A stretch of DNA of 64,000 nt, from contig OZ219787.1 in assembly GCA_964291285.2 (NCBI GenBank), positions 256,001 through 320,000 on the forward strand, given 5' to 3'. Within the stretch, counting starts at the first letter, position 1; every line of letters begins with the position of its first letter. Positions 60,038-64,000 of the stretch are shown here, in pieces. The position numbers were made by a program, and so were the translations under genes. Source of the DNA: Alphaproteobacteria bacterium (lineage in GTDB: Bacteria > Pseudomonadota > Alphaproteobacteria > Bin95). The notes beneath the pieces were generated by a model. It did not search any database. It saw nothing but the letters and a program-made list of their open reading frames with translations, and was not told the DNA's origin.

Positions 60038-61294
60038 TCAATCGACGATGCCGTTGAGGGCGTAGTCGAAGGCCTCGTAGCTGTGGAGCTGCGCTTCCTC
60101 GGCGCGGCGCGCATAGGCGTCGCTGACCGGTCGGCTGAGGATGATCGGCACCTGGGCCTCGTGGGTGCTGCCGTGGGTGCGCAGCCGATGGCCCTTGAGG
60201 CCGCTCAGGTCGTGGTCCGCCTCCCGGCCCCCGATGACGGTGCGCGCATCGGCCAGAACCGCAAGGTCCCCTTCGCGGCCCCAGGGCAGGTCGAATTCGC
60301 GCGCCGCCGCCTCGCGGGTGAGCACCCGCTCCACGCCCGGCGCGTCCGCGACGGCCTCGGCCGCCCGCTCGACCGGCAGCCCCTCGCGGCAATAGACGCG
60401 CACGAAGCCGCCGAGCGAGCCGTGATGGCCGACGAAGGCGTCGGTGATCGGGCAGATGACGGTCGAGGCGCCCGCGCCGCACTCGCCGTCCAGGATGTCC
60501 TGGAGCCAGACCACCAGGGGCGCGCCGTCCTCGTCCGCCTTGTCGTTCATGCCGTGGTCGGCGGTGAGCGCCACGGTCGCGCCCAGCTCCTCGAAGGCGC
60601 CGAAGCGCGCGTCCATTTCGGCGTAGAAGCGGTCGGCCTCCGGATGCCCCGGCGCGTAGGCGTGCTGGATATAGTCGGTGAGCGAGAGGTAGAGCATGTC
60701 CGGGCGGCGTTCCTCCAGCAGCTTCAGCCCGGCGTCCAGCACGAACAGCGAGAGGTCCGCCGAATACATGTCCGGCAGCGGCCGGCCGACGAAGCCGAGC
60801 GCGTCCTCGATGCCGTTCTCCTCCATGGTGCAGCGGTCGGCATGCTGCGAGGAGAAGCTGACCGAGCCGTTCGAGAGGTCCATGCCCTTCTGGAGCTGGC
60901 GGCGGAGCTTGTCCTTGGCGGTGATCGAGGCGACCCGCAGGCCGGCGCGCGAGAACTCGCTCATCACCGAGTTGACCTCCAGCAATTCGGGGCCGGTCAT
61001 CACCACCGGCTCGCCCGTCGCGCGGTCGAGGTAGAAATTGCCGGAGATGCCATGCACCGAGGCCGGGCGGCCGGTGACGATGGACATGTTGTTGGGGCAG
61101 GTGAAGCTCGGCATGGTGCCTTGCGCCACCGTGTGGAAGCCGTCCCGCATGTAGCGCGCGATATTGGGCAGGATGCCCGCGCTCAGCCCGTGCTCGACAT
61201 AGGCCGGGTCCCCGCCGTCGATGCACACCGCGACCAGCGGCCGCGCCGGCCGGCGGTACTCGGTGCCGTTCACTTCCAGCCTGTCGCTCGCCAT
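60038..61294 (-). CDS. phnA: phosphonoacetate hydrolase
   Basis: VCIDG, MPSFTCPNNMSIVTG, HGISGNF, AKDKLR, YLSLTDYIQH, TADHGM, VICPITD..V.HHG.LG. Confidence 0.9.
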   Translation of the reverse strand: MASDRLEVNGTEYRRPARPLVAVCIDGGDPAYVEHGLSAGILPNIARYMRDGFHTVAQGTMPSFTCPNNMSIVTGRPASVHGISGNFYLDRATGEPVVMTGPELLEVNSVMSEFSRAGLRVASITAKDKLRRQLQKGMDLSNGSVSFSSQHADRCTMEENGIEDALGFVGRPLPDMYSADLSLFVLDAGLKLLEERRPDMLYLSLTDYIQHAYAPGHPEADRFYAEMDARFGAFEELGATVALTADHGMNDKADEDGAPLVVWLQDILDGECGAGASTVICPITDAFVGHHGSLGGFVRVYCREGLPVERAAEAVADAPGVERVLTREAAAREFDLPWGREGDLAVLADARTVIGGREADHDLSGLKGHRLRTHGSTHEAQVPIILSRPVSDAYARRAEEAQLHSYEAFDYALNGIVD

Positions 61295-61298
61295 GCCG

Positions 61299-62243
61299 CT
61301 ACTCCATCGCCGCCAGGTATTTCTCGGCCTCCAGCGCCGCCATGCAGCCGAGGCCGGCGGCGGTGACGGCCTGGCGGAAGACCTTGTCCTTCACGTCGCC
61401 CGCCGCGAACACGCCGGGCACGGAGGTAATCGTGCTGTCCGGGCGGGTGATGAGATAGCCCTCCTCGTCCATCTCCAGCAGGCCCCGGAAGATGTCGGTG
61501 TTGGGGCGGTGGCCGATGGCGATGAACACGCCGTCCACCGCGCGCTCGGTCACGGCGCCGGTCTTCACATGGCGCAGCTTCGCCCCGGTGACGCCCGCCG
61601 GTTCGCCGCCGCCCAGCACCTCGTCCAGCACCGTGTCCCAGACCATCTCGACCTTGTCGTTGCGGAACAGGCGCTCCTGGAGGATCTTCTCCGCCCTCAG
61701 GCTGTCGCGGCGGTGGACCACCGAGACCCTGCTGGCATGGTTGGTGAGGTAGAGCGCCTCCTCGACCGCCGTGTTGCCGCCGCCGACCACCAGCACCTCG
61801 CGGTCGCGGAAGAAGAAGCCGTCGCAGGTGGCGCAGGCCGAGACGCCGAAGCCCCGGAAGCGCTCCTCGCTCGGCAGGCCCAGCCACTTCGCCTCCGCGC
61901 CGGTCGAGACCACGACCGCATCGGCCGTATAGACCTGCCCGCTGTCGCCCCTGCAGACCATCGGGCGGGACTCGAAGTCGCATTCGACGATCATGTCGAA
62001 ATAGGTCTCGGTGCCGACATGCCGGGCCTGGCCCTCCATCTGCTCCATCAGCCACGGTCCCTGGATCACGTCGGCGAAGCCCGGATAGTTCTCCACGTCG
62101 GTGGTGATGGTGAGCTGCCCGCCCGGCGCCATGCCCTGCACAAGGCCGGGCCTGAGCGCGGCGCGCGCGGCATAGATCGCGGCCGTATAGCCGGCCGGGC
62201 CGGAGCCGAGGATCAGCACCCTGTGGTGGATGGGGTCGGCCAT
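61299..62243 (-). CDS. trxB: thioredoxin reductase
   Basis: GSGPAGYTAA, GGQL..TTDVEN, ACATCDG, GGGNTAVEEA, FRQAVTAAG.GC. Confidence 0.97.
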   Translation of the reverse strand: MADPIHHRVLILGSGPAGYTAAIYAARAALRPGLVQGMAPGGQLTITTDVENYPGFADVIQGPWLMEQMEGQARHVGTETYFDMIVECDFESRPMVCRGDSGQVYTADAVVVSTGAEAKWLGLPSEERFRGFGVSACATCDGFFFRDREVLVVGGGNTAVEEALYLTNHASRVSVVHRRDSLRAEKILQERLFRNDKVEMVWDTVLDEVLGGGEPAGVTGAKLRHVKTGAVTERAVDGVFIAIGHRPNTDIFRGLLEMDEEGYLITRPDSTITSVPGVFAAGDVKDKVFRQAVTAAGLGCMAALEAEKYLAAME

Positions 62244-62330
62244 GTCGTCTCACCTCGTAATCGGGGCCGCCGGGCTGGCGCGGCGGGCCCGCTCATGTAG
62301 CATGGCCGGAAAAGGGAGGCACGGGGACAG

Positions 62331-63116
62331 ATGAGGACCATCGTGACGGGCGCGGCGCGCGGCATCGGACGGGCAGTCTGCCGGAGGCTCGCGCAGGATG
62401 CGAGGCGCAGCAACCGGCCGGCGCATATCGCCGCAGTGGACCGGGCGCATGAGGACGAACTGGAGGCCCTGCTCGCCGAACTCCGCGAGGAGGGCGTCGA
62501 GGCCACACCCTTCATGGGCGACCTCGGCGACCCGGAGGAGCCTGCGCGGATCGTCGCGGAGGCGGCGGACGCGATGGGCGGCATCGACGCGCTCGTCTCC
62601 AACGCCGGCATCGCCGCGCCGGCCCCGCTGACGAGGCTCGGGCTCGACGAGTGGGACCTCACCATGAACGTCAACACCCGCGCGACCTGGCTGCTCGGCA
62701 AGGCGGCGCACCCGCACCTGAAGGAAAGCCGGGGCGCCGTCGCCGTCACGGCCTCCATGTCGGGCATGAACCCACACAGCTGGATGGGCGCCTATTCGGC
62801 GAGCAAGGCCGGCGTCATCATCCTCGCCAAGCAGATGGCCCAGGAATGGGCGGCGGACGGCATCCGGGTCAACTGCGTCTCGCCCGGCCTCGTGCGCACC
62901 ATGATGACCGAGGCGATGTACGAGGACCCCGAGATCAAGGCGGCGCGCGAAGAACTGGTGCCGATGGGCCGCGTCGCCGGGCCGGACGACATCGCCGACA
63001 TCATCGCCTTCCTGCTCGGCCCCGATTCCCGTTATGTCACCGGGCAGGTCATCCTCACAGACGGCGGGCTCGCGGAGTCGCTCTTCAACCACATCCCCGG
63101 CCGCCCGCGTTCGTGA
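62331..63116 (+). CDS. SDR oxidoreductase
   Basis: VTGAARGIG, VSNAG, YSASKA, RVNCVSPG. Confidence 0.9.
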   Translation: MRTIVTGAARGIGRAVCRRLAQDARRSNRPAHIAAVDRAHEDELEALLAELREEGVEATPFMGDLGDPEEPARIVAEAADAMGGIDALVSNAGIAAPAPLTRLGLDEWDLTMNVNTRATWLLGKAAHPHLKESRGAVAVTASMSGMNPHSWMGAYSASKAGVIILAKQMAQEWAADGIRVNCVSPGLVRTMMTEAMYEDPEIKAAREELVPMGRVAGPDDIADIIAFLLGPDSRYVTGQVILTDGGLAESLFNHIPGRPRS

Positions 63117-63141
63117 CCGCAGCCGGCTCTTTCCGGGCCCG

Positions 63142-63410
63142 CTCCACGTGGATGTCATGGAATGTCATGTTCTGTCATGGGGCCGGTCTCCGCTCCGGTC
63201 GTTCGCAAGGCATCGCAGCCTCCTTGGTCGGTCCGTGGTCCCGGACGCCTCCGTTGCCGGAGGAGCGTCATCCGCCCGCGCATAATGCGCGCCTGCCCGC
63301 GCGTGCGCGTCCGCGTGTGCGTGGCGGCGGGACCGTCCTCTCCACCGTGGATGTCATGGAATGTCATGTTTTGTCATGCGGCCCGCCGGAAATGTCATGG
63401 TCTGTCATGG
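63142..63410. repeat. clusters of TGTCATG at 10-bp period inside a ~750-bp intergenic region
   Basis: Copies start at 63153, 63163, 63173; 63352, 63362, 63372; 63393, 63403. The first two clusters form a ~38-bp direct repeat. Confidence 0.85.
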
Positions 63411-63874
63411 TCCGCCGCGCCTCCGGTCCCGCCGCCGCCCGTCCGCATCCCGCATGCCGTTCCTCCATCGCGTTCCGTTCCGTTCTCCCCGCCGCCGGCT
63501 CCTCCGTGCGGCGGGACCCTGTTTCGCGCGTATCGTGCGCGGGCGCGCCCGCGTGTCGGCGCCGGCGCGGTTCGCGCGCCTGATTGCCCGCGTGCGCGAG
63601 GCCGGGCGCAGGGCGCACGTCTCCCGTCCGTTTTTCGGGGGTCTTTAAAATTCGCGCCGGCGCGAACCGGGAAGCGAAGCGGCTCCGCAGAGGCCGTTCC
63701 CTTCCTCCCGCCCTTATCTGGCTGCTGGGCGTCCCGAAATCAACCCCTTTTCGTGAATTATTTCTGATTCAATGAACGAATATAGAAATACGCAGCGCTT
63801 TACGGCGGGATAGTGCAGCGGGGGCGGGCGGCTTATAGTCCGGCGGCGATTCTTCCCGACTGGAGCGAGAGCCT

Positions 63875-64000
63875 ATGGAACCCGTCTTCCGCGACGACGC
63901 CTATGCCAGGGCCTGCGACGCCGTTGTGACGGCCGTGACCCCGGCCGGCGTTACGCTCGACCGCACGGTGTTCTACCCGACCGGCGGCGGCCAGCCGGGC
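63875..64000 (+). CDS. alanyl-tRNA editing protein AlaX (5' part; truncated by the window end)
   Basis: MEPVFRDDAYARACDAVV...LDRTVFYPTGGGQPG. Confidence 0.85.
   Translation, partial: MEPVFRDDAYARACDAVVTAVTPAGVTLDRTVFYPTGGGQPG

Noticed and set aside
63142-63410. CRISPR array
   Set aside because: Units are 10 bp with no unique equal-length spacers, and no cas genes are in the window.

Overview
GC-rich alphaproteobacterial chromosomal window (rpsD, purC-S-Q-L, bolA-grxD, DUF1476, thiOSGE, trxB) with many catabolic genes (two Rieske oxygenases, acyl-CoA ligases, SDRs, amidohydrolases, phosphonoacetate hydrolase) and many small insertions: an IS701-family element with a passenger gene, two IS5-family elements, a 132-bp MITE in a NUDIX gene, five toxin-antitoxin loci (two decayed) and REP-like palindromes. 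The strongest candidate for a new system is a lower-GC cassette at 46176-49240. It encodes a STAND/NLR-type ATPase with eight 46-aa TPR repeats, translationally coupled to a 112-aa helical (Bell-like) protein. The NLR N-terminus and the small protein C-terminus share the motif QTA..T[IV]VQIQGD.N.V, which suggests amyloid (RHIM/BASS-like) signalling. The cassette is bracketed by two near-identical 43-bp palindromes next to an orphan IS630-type HTH gene. All family assignments come from motif recognition by eye; no database searches were run.
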